Virus record (IMG/VR): IMGVR_UViG_3300038674_000631
Location: 1 to 37,120 of that record
Origin: a virus
Taxonomy: Duplodnaviria; Caudoviricetes
Reading direction: 5' to 3' (one strand)
DNA: 37,120 bases
The notes below the pieces were generated by a model, which saw only the letters and a program-made list of their open reading frames with translations, was not told the origin of the DNA and searched no databases. Each line of letters opens with the position of its first letter. Within the stretch, counting starts at the first letter, position 1. The translations under genes and the position numbers were made by a program. Below, in pieces: positions 18,236 through 26,855 of the stretch.

Positions 18236-18477
18236 ACCCGGAACGAACACACATGAAAGGCATACTCTACGAAAACGAACGAACCGCGCGAAAGCTCGAT
18301 GCTCAGTGCAAGGGCGCGATTATGCTGCTCAGACAGCTGCTTAATCCGTATGAAGACAATGTCTGTAAACTCGATCTCGATGCAGCAAAAGCGGCCATGG
18401 ATAAGCTCTGTACAGATACAGAAGAGCTTCAAAAGGTAACGGACAAAATCCGCAGGCTCAAGGAAGATCTGGAATGA
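18232..18477 (+). CDS. Hypothetical coiled-coil protein
   Basis: GTG at 18232 overlaps the upstream TGA; its stop overlaps the terS start. Confidence 0.6.
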   Translation: MNPERTHMKGILYENERTARKLDAQCKGAIMLLRQLLNPYEDNVCKLDLDAAKAAMDKLCTDTEELQKVTDKIRRLKEDLE

Positions 18478-18899
18478 CCAAAAAAAGCCTTTACTACGAT
18501 GAAGCCGAGCGGCTCTATGTGATCGAACAATACACGATCAATGAGATTGCCGATCGTTGCAAGCTTGCTGAGAAAACGGTAAGGCTCTGGAAAGCCGACG
18601 GTGACTGGGATAGCAAGCGCAAACAGCACCTCAAACAAAAAGAAGCCTTTCACGAAGAGCTGTATGGATTTGCGAGAACGCTGATGAAGGCCATCACCGA
18701 AGATATGGCAAACGGTGAAAAGGTCGATTCAGGGCGATTATACACCCTCGGCCGACTTTTGCCAATGATCACCAAAGTTAAAGACTACGAAGATGCGGTC
18801 AAAAAGGTTGTCGATGACAACAAGCCAGCAAAAGCCGGGTTGACCGAAGATGTATTCGATATGATCCAGGAGCAGGTCTTTGGCCTCAAGAAGCAGTAA
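18474..18899 (+). CDS. Terminase small subunit (DUF1804/HTH type)
   Basis: AERLYV...TINEIADRCKLAEKTVRLWKADGDWD HTH; directly before terL. Confidence 0.8.
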   Translation: MTKKSLYYDEAERLYVIEQYTINEIADRCKLAEKTVRLWKADGDWDSKRKQHLKQKEAFHEELYGFARTLMKAITEDMANGEKVDSGRLYTLGRLLPMITKVKDYEDAVKKVVDDNKPAKAGLTEDVFDMIQEQVFGLKKQ

Positions 18900-20238
18900 A
18901 AAGTTTTTCAACGCGTATCAGGAACGCTGGCTCAACGATGATTCCAAGATTAAAATCTGGGAAAAGAGCCGGCGCATCGGCGCGACTTACGTGCAGTCAT
19001 ACGAAGACGTGCGCGACATCGCGGCAAAAAAATACCCGAAGGTCTGGTTTTCGTCTGCCGATGAATCCGCTGCGCGTGAATATATCGAATACTGCGAAAC
19101 CTGGGCAAAAGCCCTGAACATAGCGGCCAAAAGCCTCGGCGAAGAGCTGATAAAAGACGAGAACAAAGACATCAAGGTCATGTCGATTCAGTTCGCTGAT
19201 GGTCGAAGAATCAACGCTTTGTCATCGAACCCGAAAGCTTTCCGATCAAAAGAAGGCAAAATCATTCTCGACGAATTCGCGCATCACGATGACCCGGTGA
19301 AGCTGTGGCGAGCAGCGCGTCCTTGTATCACATGGGGCTGGCCGCTGAGGATTCTTTCGACCCACAACGGCACAGCTGCGCTCTTCTTTCAGTTTATCGA
19401 CAAAATTAAACGCAATCAGCTGCACTGGAGCCTGCACACGACTCCGATCCAGCTTGCCGTTGAAGAAGGTCTGTTTGATAAGATCATGGGCCGGCCAACA
19501 ACAAAAGCCGAGCGCGAAGCGTTTTTGCAGCAGGAATATGAAGATTGCGGCGACGAAGAAACCTGGCTGCAGGAATACTGCTGTATTGCACTCGATGGTG
19601 CGTCGGCTTTTCTGACTTACGATCTGATCAACGCCTGCGAAGATACAGATATCATCATGGACCTTTCTGCAGTGAAAGGCGATCTGTATCTCGGCATGGA
19701 TATCGGCCGCAAGAAGGATTTGTCGTGCATCTGGGTGCTCGAAAAATACAATCGGCATCTTTATACCAGGCATTTCGAAGTCATCGAGAAACAGCCGTTC
19801 AGGTTTCAGAAACAGCGATTGTATGAGCTGCTGAAACATCCGAACATGCGCCGGGGCTGCATCGACGCAACTGGTATCGGTATGAACCTGGCCGAAGATG
19901 CTCAGATTGATTTCGGTAAGCGCAAAGTTGAGTCGGTGACTTTCACAGCGAATGTCAAAGAAGACCTTGCAACCAGTCTCAAGCCGGAGTTTGAAGACCG
20001 GCACATTACCATTCCGTCAGAGCATTTGATCCGCGAAGACCTGCACGCGATCAAAAAAGTTGTTACAAGCTCCGGCAATATCCGCTTCGATGTGTCGAGA
20101 AGTTTTAAAGAATCGCACGCTGACCGCTTCTGGGCGCTGGCGCTGGCTCGACATGCGGTATCAGACATCGTAACCGCAATTCCGCAAATCAAAACCAGGG
20201 GGACTTATGAATCGAAAAAAACATTTTCGCGTTTTTAG
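18880..20238 (+). CDS. Terminase large subunit (Mu gp28-like)
   Basis: EKSRRIGAT Walker A, ILDEFAH Walker B, STHNG, GMDIGRKKD, IDATGIG, HADRFWALALA. Confidence 0.95.
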   Translation: MASRSSKKFFNAYQERWLNDDSKIKIWEKSRRIGATYVQSYEDVRDIAAKKYPKVWFSSADESAAREYIEYCETWAKALNIAAKSLGEELIKDENKDIKVMSIQFADGRRINALSSNPKAFRSKEGKIILDEFAHHDDPVKLWRAARPCITWGWPLRILSTHNGTAALFFQFIDKIKRNQLHWSLHTTPIQLAVEEGLFDKIMGRPTTKAEREAFLQQEYEDCGDEETWLQEYCCIALDGASAFLTYDLINACEDTDIIMDLSAVKGDLYLGMDIGRKKDLSCIWVLEKYNRHLYTRHFEVIEKQPFRFQKQRLYELLKHPNMRRGCIDATGIGMNLAEDAQIDFGKRKVESVTFTANVKEDLATSLKPEFEDRHITIPSEHLIREDLHAIKKVVTSSGNIRFDVSRSFKESHADRFWALALARHAVSDIVTAIPQIKTRGTYESKKTFSRF

Positions 20239-20239
20239 C

Positions 20240-20340
20240 CCCAAGGTTGAACGCAAAACACCCCGGACGAGTTTCCATCCGTCTGGAAATTCTTAAACGT
20301 TTTTAAACGAATTTAAACGGGTTTTAAACGCACTTTGATT
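20240..20340. other. Candidate strong gyrase site (phased TTAAACG array)
   Basis: TTAAACG at 20293, 20303, 20313 and 20324 (10-11 bp period), intergenic, near the predicted prophage midpoint. Confidence 0.55.
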
Positions 20341-20359
20341 TTTACCTCCGGAGGCTTAA

Positions 20360-21871
20360 ATGAAAAATCAGAAAAACGGCATCTGGCTGACACCTGACAA
20401 TTTCGTTCCGATCAGCGGCAAAGAGCTGACATCAACGAAAGAAGTCGCGACGAGACTCCGACACAACGGCGGCTACACAGATTTATATCTGCCAGACCCC
20501 GATATCGTGCTGCAAAAACTCGGACGTGGGCTCGAAGCCTACCGGGAGCTGCTGCCTGATGCCCACATGACATCGATTGTCGGTTCCCGCAAAGCCGGGG
20601 TTAAATCACTGTTCTGGAAGATAGAAGCCAATGACGCACCCGAGGATGAATTTCGCCTGATCGATGAGATTTTTCAAAACCTCAAAATCACAGATTTGAT
20701 CGATGAAATTCTCGACGCGCCGCTGTTCGGCTATCAGCCAATCGAAATAACCTGGACATCAAAAAACGGCAGGATCGTGCCTGGAGTTATCCAGGGCAAG
20801 CCGCCTGAATGGTTCGTTTTTGATGATGACAACCAGCTGCGGTTCAGATCAGCATCGAGCGTGGTCGGCGAATTGCTGCCACCCGGCAAATTTTTGCTTG
20901 CGACTCATGGCGCGACTTATGCTAACCCCTATGGTAAAAAGCTTCTGAGCAGCTGTTTCTGGCCGGTAATGTTCAAGAAAGGCGGTATAAAGTTCTGGAC
21001 GCAGTTTGTAGAACGGTTCGGCGGAGCGTTTGCAATCGGGAAATATCCGCGTGGCGCACAGACGACAGAAATCGACGATCTGGCAACAATGCTTGTGTCT
21101 CTTTTGCAGTCGGCTGTCGCTGCGGTTCCAGACGATGCGTCGGTTGAGATAATAGAATCTGCGGGAAAATCCGCATCAGGTGATATGCACAATGCTTACT
21201 GCGATTTTTTTAACGCAGAAATGTCAAAGGCAATTATCGGGCAGACATTGACAACTGAAGCAGGTTCAAGCGGCAGTTATGCGCTTGGCGGCGTTCACGC
21301 GACCGTCAGGCAGGATATCATCGACTCGGATGCGATCCTGGTAACCACTGTTTTTCAACAGCTGATTTCGCTGACGCACATGCTGAATTTTGGCGGCGAC
21401 AAAATGCCGAAGTTCAAGTTCTGGTCCGAGGACGGCGTTGATAAAACCCAGGCAGAAAGAGATTCGACCCTGACCGCAACCGGCCAGATCAGATTCCGCA
21501 AAAAGTATTTCAAAAAGACATACGGCTTTGAAGATGACGATTTTGATGTCGTAACCGGTGGCACCACCGCAATTAACCAGAGTAACATCCCGGAACCGAG
21601 CGAATTTCGCGAGAGAGAGCCCGCCCCCAGGTCGCGCGACGAAGTCGACATGCTCACTGATAATCTCAACCCTGAACAGCTGCAGAAAGAGATGCAGGGT
21701 ATTTTGAAGCCAATCATAGAGCTTATCGAGAAGGGGCAGGATTACAAGCAGATCATGGAAGAGCTGGTAACCACTTATGACGGCATGTCAAACGACGCGC
21801 TGATCGAGCTGCTCGAACGCGCGTTTTTTGTTGCAGAGGTCTGGGGGCGCTTGAATGGCAGAGGAAAATAA
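20360..21871 (+). CDS. Portal protein (Mu gp29 / DUF935)
   Basis: DAHMTS...RK, ILDAPLFGYQPIEI-W, NPYG, W-QFVERFG, EMSKAIIGQTLTT, GSYALGGVH. Confidence 0.93.
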   Translation: MKNQKNGIWLTPDNFVPISGKELTSTKEVATRLRHNGGYTDLYLPDPDIVLQKLGRGLEAYRELLPDAHMTSIVGSRKAGVKSLFWKIEANDAPEDEFRLIDEIFQNLKITDLIDEILDAPLFGYQPIEITWTSKNGRIVPGVIQGKPPEWFVFDDDNQLRFRSASSVVGELLPPGKFLLATHGATYANPYGKKLLSSCFWPVMFKKGGIKFWTQFVERFGGAFAIGKYPRGAQTTEIDDLATMLVSLLQSAVAAVPDDASVEIIESAGKSASGDMHNAYCDFFNAEMSKAIIGQTLTTEAGSSGSYALGGVHATVRQDIIDSDAILVTTVFQQLISLTHMLNFGGDKMPKFKFWSEDGVDKTQAERDSTLTATGQIRFRKKYFKKTYGFEDDDFDVVTGGTTAINQSNIPEPSEFREREPAPRSRDEVDMLTDNLNPEQLQKEMQGILKPIIELIEKGQDYKQIMEELVTTYDGMSNDALIELLERAFFVAEVWGRLNGRGK

Positions 21872-23633
21872 AAACCAGATTCTGCTCGATGCTTTCAAAC
21901 TCGCACCCACAGATGCAATCAAGTATCTTGAAAGCAAAGGCTATCAGATAACCTTCGACTGGCATGACATGATTGGCCAGGCTCACAGAAAAGCCTATAC
22001 GGTCGCCGGTGTCATCAAGGCCGACGTGCTTAAAGACATTCACGACGCCTGCATTAAAAGCGAAAAAGAAGGTTATTCATACAGCCAGTTCAAAGCCGAC
22101 CTTGTTCCGACGCTTATCAAAAAAGGCTGGTACGGCAAACAAACCATAACCCGCCCCGACGGCTCGACCAAAGAGGTCGATCTTTCAGCGCCATGGCGTC
22201 TGAAGCTTATATATAACACCAACATGCGAACCTCGATGATGGCCGGCCATTATAAGGCAATGATGCAGTCGACAAGAATGCGGCCATACTGGCAATATGT
22301 CGCGATACTTGACGGTCGAGTCAGAGATGAGCATGCCAGGCTGCACAACAAGATTTTTCATTACCAGGACCCATTCTGGAAAATGTATTACCCGCCTAAT
22401 GGCTGGAACTGTCGCTGTCGAGTGGTATCAATCAGCAAAGTTGAATTCGAGCGTAAGGGCTACAAGCTTGATTCCGGCGATGACCCGCAGAATCAAGTTA
22501 AAATAGAGCCTGAATGGGCATACAACCCGGCCCTCGAAGAGTGGCAGCCCGACTACGGCAACTACCCGCCAGACATTGCAAAAAAGCTCAAAGAAGAGCT
22601 CGACAAACGAAACCAGCCGGCTGACAAGACCACGCCACAGAAACCAGTCGTAAAGACACCTGCAACCACACAGCCGGGTTCTACGCCTGACGCGCCGGTT
22701 GACAAGCCCACGCCACAGAAACCAGTCATAAAGACCTCTGTGACTACACAGCCGGGTTCTATGCCTGACGCGTCGGCTGACATGCCCACGCCACAGAAAC
22801 CAGTCGTAAAGACACCTGTAACCACACAGCCGGGTTCTACGCCTGACGCGCCGGCTGACATGCCCACGCCACAGAAACCAGTCGTAAAGACACCTGTAAC
22901 CACACAGCCCGAGCCGATGCCTGCTGAACCGCCGATCACATCCGAAGTCGAGCGCCGAGATATTGAGAACAGTCTGAACACAGGTGCAAAGACTGCACTA
23001 TCTGATATTAAAGATGCAGAAGGTAAACCGGTTAACGTTACCATCGAGGTCGCCAAAGTGCCCGACAAACATAGCAATGCAATCATGATGGCCGACGGCG
23101 ACAAGATCATCTTCAACATCGCAATGAGCCAAGAAGCACGCGACCTCCAGCGGGCGATTCACACACTCAAGGCAGGCAAGCCACTCACCGAAGACCAGGA
23201 ATTCATAATTCAGGTGCTCGCCCATGAAGCTGAACACATCAAGGCTAACGCATCAAACAAGGGGTATTCGAGCAAGTCGCCGGCGGGTATATTCCATGAG
23301 CTGGGCGCGTATCATGCGGGTATCAGAAATTATCCGGCCCTGATGCAAAAGTTTGGAGTTGAAGCAGCTTATCAGAAAAGCATGCTTAAGCAGTTGCCTG
23401 TTGAAAAGACTCTTGCAAAACTAATCGACGATTTAGCCGAAAAATTCGGCGTGTCAGAAAAAGAGTTCGGCGACCTGTTCGACAGCAGCCATCAGCTAAG
23501 TCTTGCGGACGCACTGGATGCTTTCAAACAGATGGTCATTGATGCCGGAAAAGCTTCGGGAAAAGAGTTCGACAGATGGGTTGAAGAAATAAAATCCGCC
23601 TTCCTGGAAGAAACCACAGCTCAGGTAGATTAA
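21855..23633 (+). CDS. MuF (Mu gp30) minor head protein with Pro/Thr repeat linker and C-terminal HExxH domain
   Basis: MuF motifs RLKLIYNTN, YWQYVAILDGRVRDEH, YPPNGWNCRCRV; 26-aa repeats; HEAEH at 23223-23237. Confidence 0.88.
   Translation: MAEENKNQILLDAFKLAPTDAIKYLESKGYQITFDWHDMIGQAHRKAYTVAGVIKADVLKDIHDACIKSEKEGYSYSQFKADLVPTLIKKGWYGKQTITRPDGSTKEVDLSAPWRLKLIYNTNMRTSMMAGHYKAMMQSTRMRPYWQYVAILDGRVRDEHARLHNKIFHYQDPFWKMYYPPNGWNCRCRVVSISKVEFERKGYKLDSGDDPQNQVKIEPEWAYNPALEEWQPDYGNYPPDIAKKLKEELDKRNQPADKTTPQKPVVKTPATTQPGSTPDAPVDKPTPQKPVIKTSVTTQPGSMPDASADMPTPQKPVVKTPVTTQPGSTPDAPADMPTPQKPVVKTPVTTQPEPMPAEPPITSEVERRDIENSLNTGAKTALSDIKDAEGKPVNVTIEVAKVPDKHSNAIMMADGDKIIFNIAMSQEARDLQRAIHTLKAGKPLTEDQEFIIQVLAHEAEHIKANASNKGYSSKSPAGIFHELGAYHAGIRNYPALMQKFGVEAAYQKSMLKQLPVEKTLAKLIDDLAEKFGVSEKEFGDLFDSSHQLSLADALDAFKQMVIDAGKASGKEFDRWVEEIKSAFLEETTAQVD
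22616..22909 (+). repeat. 78-bp coding tandem repeat, about 3.8 copies
   Basis: Units start at 22616, 22694, 22772 and 22850; consensus PADMPTPQKPVVKTPVTTQPGSTPDA. Confidence 0.95.
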
Positions 23634-23637
23634 AGCA

Positions 23638-23913
23638 TTATCGCTTTTTTCGGGTAAAGTAGGTTCGACCGCCAGCGGCAAAAAAACGGTTGAGAAACTC
23701 GATTGCTCGTTCTTCATCGCCCCTTATATGATAAAGGTGAGACAGATGTCGGTAAAAAAATGCCTCGTCGCCCCATTCAAGATAAGCTTCTTTCTCGCGG
23801 GGTATGTTGGCGCTGAAGCGTGAAAATTCTACAGCGGTGATACCGTGGTCAAAAATGGTCTCTAAGGTTTGTTTTGGCATAGTCTTTTTTTCTTTATCGT
23901 CATTTTTTAACAT
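23638..23913 (-). CDS. Small protein convergent to MuF; candidate immunity protein
   Basis: Fills the MuF-gpG gap on the opposite strand; TIFDHGIT...LSHLYHIRGDEERAIEFLNR has a TPR-like helix pair; alternative start at 23880. Confidence 0.6.
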   Translation of the reverse strand: MLKNDDKEKKTMPKQTLETIFDHGITAVEFSRFSANIPREKEAYLEWGDEAFFYRHLSHLYHIRGDEERAIEFLNRFFAAGGRTYFTRKKR

Positions 23914-23955
23914 GTTGTTAATGACAGGTTAACACGCATTAAACGGAGGTGCAAT

Positions 23956-24540
23956 ATGAAGCCAGTACAGATCGAAGTCGATGATAAAGATGCCATTGAA
24001 CTGCTGGCCAGACTAAGCCGAAGAATAAGCGACATGAGCGAGGTTATGTCTGATATCGGCCTCGAAGTCGTTCGCGGGATAAGTGACAACTTTGAGGCCG
24101 AAGGCCGGTATTCTGTTGTTGGTGAGTATATCGGCGGTGACAACAAATGGCAGCCGCTCAGCAAAACCACCGAAGAAATCAAAAAGAAACGGGGCAAAAA
24201 CCCGCCATACAAGATTCTTCAGGATGACGGGAATCTGGTAAAAAGCATTCATTTCGAAAATGTAACCGCAAATTCGGTAATGGTCGGCACTAATCTATCG
24301 TATGCCCCGATGCATCAGTTCGGTGCTCGAAGGGGAGAATACGGCACGGCGATGCTGTTCGTCAAAGAACATCAGCGCATAAGCAGCAAGGGCAACGAAC
24401 ACAAGGTTAAAGGACACGAACGCAGCGTGCCTAACCCGATGTTCAACATTCCGGCCAGGCCTTTTTTAACGGTTCACCCGGATAACATCGAAACCATAGT
24501 CGGTATGCTGACCCTGCATATACTTGAAGACACAGAATAA
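23956..24540 (+). CDS. Virion morphogenesis protein (Mu gpG/gp31-like)
   Basis: W-PLS, ILQDDG-LVKSI, VGTNLSYAPMHQFG, IPARPFL. Confidence 0.9.
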   Translation: MKPVQIEVDDKDAIELLARLSRRISDMSEVMSDIGLEVVRGISDNFEAEGRYSVVGEYIGGDNKWQPLSKTTEEIKKKRGKNPPYKILQDDGNLVKSIHFENVTANSVMVGTNLSYAPMHQFGARRGEYGTAMLFVKEHQRISSKGNEHKVKGHERSVPNPMFNIPARPFLTVHPDNIETIVGMLTLHILEDTE

Positions 24541-24550
24541 GCCCCAAAGC

Positions 24551-24580
24551 AAAAGGCCCCGAATCACCGGGGCCTTTTTT
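24551..24580. terminator. Bidirectional Rho-independent terminator
   Basis: AAAAGGCCCCG-AATCAC-CGGGGCCTTTTTT between convergent operons. Confidence 0.88.
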
Positions 24581-24613
24581 ACAATTGTCTCGAAGCGTTC
24601 TGTTTTTGCCTGG

Positions 24614-24805
24614 TCAGCGTTGTGATTGCAGGCGTCTTTGTTCAAGTCTTTCGTGCAGCTGCCTGGTCAGATAACCGATAAGAATGCTGAGGCGGTCGCG
24701 GGCATTCTCAGAGAGGTTGTCTACGGGCGTCAGAAGGTCGCCGACGGCCGCAATCGAATCAGTGATTTCATCGATTTCGTTTTCGATTTTATCGGCATTG
24801 GTCAT
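24614..24805 (-). CDS. Hypothetical protein coupled to the antirepressor
   Basis: ATGA overlap with the ant stop; 63 aa, helical. Confidence 0.6.
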   Translation of the reverse strand: MTNADKIENEIDEITDSIAAVGDLLTPVDNLSENARDRLSILIGYLTRQLHERLEQRRLQSQR

Positions 24806-25584
24806 GATCGGCCCCCTTCAGCACGCAGAATCATGCTCACGGTGGCGGTGCTGCGCTGCAGTCGTGCGGCGATTTTCTTGCCTGATAACCCGGCACGGGC
24901 CAGCTCGATGATGACGCTTTTCGTTTCTTCGGTTATCGGCCTTGGTGATTGCCTGGGCGCTTTCGGCTGGCTGTATTCCCTGAGTTCTGCCAGTCGTTCT
25001 TCAAGCAGCGTGGCGTGTGATTCGAGCAGTCTGATATAGCTGATGCGGGTATCTTCGAGAGCGCTCGAAAGCTGGCGATTGTCTGTATCGAGGGTTTTGA
25101 TGGTGTTGAGCAGATCGCGCTCGCTTTCGGTGATTAATGGCGGGTTTTCATCGCCCGCATGCAGATCGGCGTGTGAGTCGTTAAAAAGATCGCGCTGATG
25201 AGGTTGAGCGGGTGACGCCGGCCGTTTTGCCTGGCCGGTTGTCCAGTAGTTCCAGAGAGCATCGTCGCACTCGTTCTGGTAGCAGATGATTTTGGCCCTT
25301 AGATCGTTGCGAACCTTGGCCGGGTTGATCGTGGCCAGAAAGCCGGTGATTTTCCTCAAGGGCAGGCAAAGTGCCTGTTGCTGACCACTTATCGAGGGTA
25401 TGGTCAACATGACCATACCCCAACGAGCACGATTGGCAGAAAGTTTTCTTTGCTGTGCTCGCCAGTCGAGGCCAAGGTTTTCAACGATGGGCTTCATTGG
25501 AGCGAATGGTTCGCCCTGGTTGCCGACAACGAAAATTGTGTCACCATGAAAAGGAACTGGTGAAAGAGATTGTGATACTGGCAT
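24802..25584 (-). CDS. ant: Phage antirepressor (P22_AR_N domain, coiled coil, C-terminal HTH)
   Basis: VPFHG...PMKPIVENLGLDW-AQ...CLPLRK...INPAKV...YQNECDDALWNYW; C-terminal GLSGKKIAARLQRSTATVS. Confidence 0.88.
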   Translation of the reverse strand: MPVSQSLSPVPFHGDTIFVVGNQGEPFAPMKPIVENLGLDWRAQQRKLSANRARWGMVMLTIPSISGQQQALCLPLRKITGFLATINPAKVRNDLRAKIICYQNECDDALWNYWTTGQAKRPASPAQPHQRDLFNDSHADLHAGDENPPLITESERDLLNTIKTLDTDNRQLSSALEDTRISYIRLLESHATLLEERLAELREYSQPKAPRQSPRPITEETKSVIIELARAGLSGKKIAARLQRSTATVSMILRAEGGRS

Positions 25585-25633
25585 AAAATGCCTCCTGCAA
25601 GTTTTTCGATGACCTTTGCCGCTAAAAGCAAAA

Positions 25634-25709
25634 GCCGGGAGCTCGAAACCGCTTACAGGCGGTCAGGCCTATTCCCCGCGAACGGGTATTATATTAGCCT
25701 ACTCCCGGC
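25634..25709 (-). ncRNA. c4/CI-like antisense RNA controlling the antirepressor
   Basis: Closed by the stem GCCGGGAG/CTCCCGGC. Contains ACCGCCTGTAAG-CG-GTTTCGAG, complementary to an upstream site (25752-25777) and to the ant SD region (25591-25609). Confidence 0.7.
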
Positions 25710-25789
25710 AAAATTTGCCTAAAAGCACAATTCACTCTGACGGGAGTGACTACCGCTGTAAGTTAAGGTGTTTCGAGGCACCTGAACTC

Positions 25790-25818
25790 TTTATACGGTT
25801 TTTCACTCCGCTTGTCAA
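25790..25818 (-). promoter_or_regulatory. Sigma70 promoter of the antisense RNA-ant unit
   Basis: TTGACA (25818-25813), 17 bp spacer, TATAAA (25795-25790). Confidence 0.8.
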
Positions 25819-25895
25819 ATCACGTTTTTCTCACAGTCAAATCATCTGTCCTTCCTGCCGATACCTCTCGCAACATTCAAACCGAGAGGTGTTTT

Positions 25896-26180
25896 ATGAG
25901 TAATAATCAGGATTCTCTTGCGCCACAGGACCTTCGAAACGATATCAACAAACTTTTTATGCAATCTTGCAAAAACCAGTATGAAGCGATGGTGTTAAAG
26001 TGCATGGTCGCTTCGATGGCTCACAAGTTATTACCAGGAGAAGTACAGGACATCTGGAGGTTTTCTCTGCAAAGAGCAAAAAGTTTATTACAAAACGATT
26101 GGCCCAAGGCTTCATTTGAAGAACAGAACGTCAGTTGCAAGCGATTTCTTGAGCAACATTCAATCAGACCAGTAGATTAA
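25896..26180 (+). CDS. Hypothetical moron protein on the opposite strand
   Basis: ATG 25896 after GAGAGGT; 94 aa; convergent with the accessory operon. Confidence 0.55.
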   Translation: MSNNQDSLAPQDLRNDINKLFMQSCKNQYEAMVLKCMVASMAHKLLPGEVQDIWRFSLQRAKSLLQNDWPKASFEEQNVSCKRFLEQHSIRPVD

Positions 26181-26845
26181 TAAACATTAACGCCTTCGAT
26201 ATCAATTTGTCCGTCGGCCCTGGTAATAATATATTGCCAGTGGCGTGGCGGCTTACTTGGATTATTTTGTTCTTTTTCTTTTTTTTGAGGCGGTTTCATT
26301 GAACCAGCCGCTTGGCGCTTCATAATCTCTTCTTCGAGGGCCTCAATAATTTCTGGCCATTCTTGATAAACCTCGCGAATTGCTTTGATCGCCTTTTCAG
26401 TCAACTCAATATTAAATTCAACCCTTTTTTTAAACGGCTGTTCTTTTAGCGACACCTCCTCAAAAGTTTTGCCTAAAATTTCTTCTTGAATCTTTGCAAA
26501 AATCTCGGCAGAAAGGCCCTCAACAAGCTTTTTTTGGGCCCTTTTAATCGCAGCTGTAATTTCCAGGTTGTCTTTAAATCGCTCAAGAAGTTGTTCAAAA
26601 GCTTTTGCGCTATCTACGATAAAAATCGTATCTTGTTTTGCGTCTTTCGACTTTGCGTCAATTGCGTTTAATCCAAGGCTGACTTTATCTTCTTTCAATC
26701 CATGTGCTGCAAGTTTATTGACATCGATTGGGGCATCCCCGCAAAATGTCTTGGATTCTGAAACAATGCCCAGGGCGTGCATTATCATGTCGAGTTTTTG
26801 ATTGATAGACAGTTCGTTAAGTTCTTTGCTGCTGATTTTTTTCAT
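26177..26845 (-). CDS. Hypothetical protein
   Basis: ATG 26845 after GGAGG; 222 aa, Lys/Glu-rich, helical. Confidence 0.65.
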   Translation of the reverse strand: MKKISSKELNELSINQKLDMIMHALGIVSESKTFCGDAPIDVNKLAAHGLKEDKVSLGLNAIDAKSKDAKQDTIFIVDSAKAFEQLLERFKDNLEITAAIKRAQKKLVEGLSAEIFAKIQEEILGKTFEEVSLKEQPFKKRVEFNIELTEKAIKAIREVYQEWPEIIEALEEEIMKRQAAGSMKPPQKKEKEQNNPSKPPRHWQYIITRADGQIDIEGVNVY

Positions 26846-26855
26846 GATGCCTCCA

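Noticed and set aside
22616-22909. Possible CRISPR array
   Set aside because: Units are contiguous with no unique spacers, are a multiple of 3 and in frame within MuF; no cas genes.
23630-23955. Invertible switch around the antisense gene next to MuF
   Set aside because: No convincing flanking inverted repeats and no invertase in the window.
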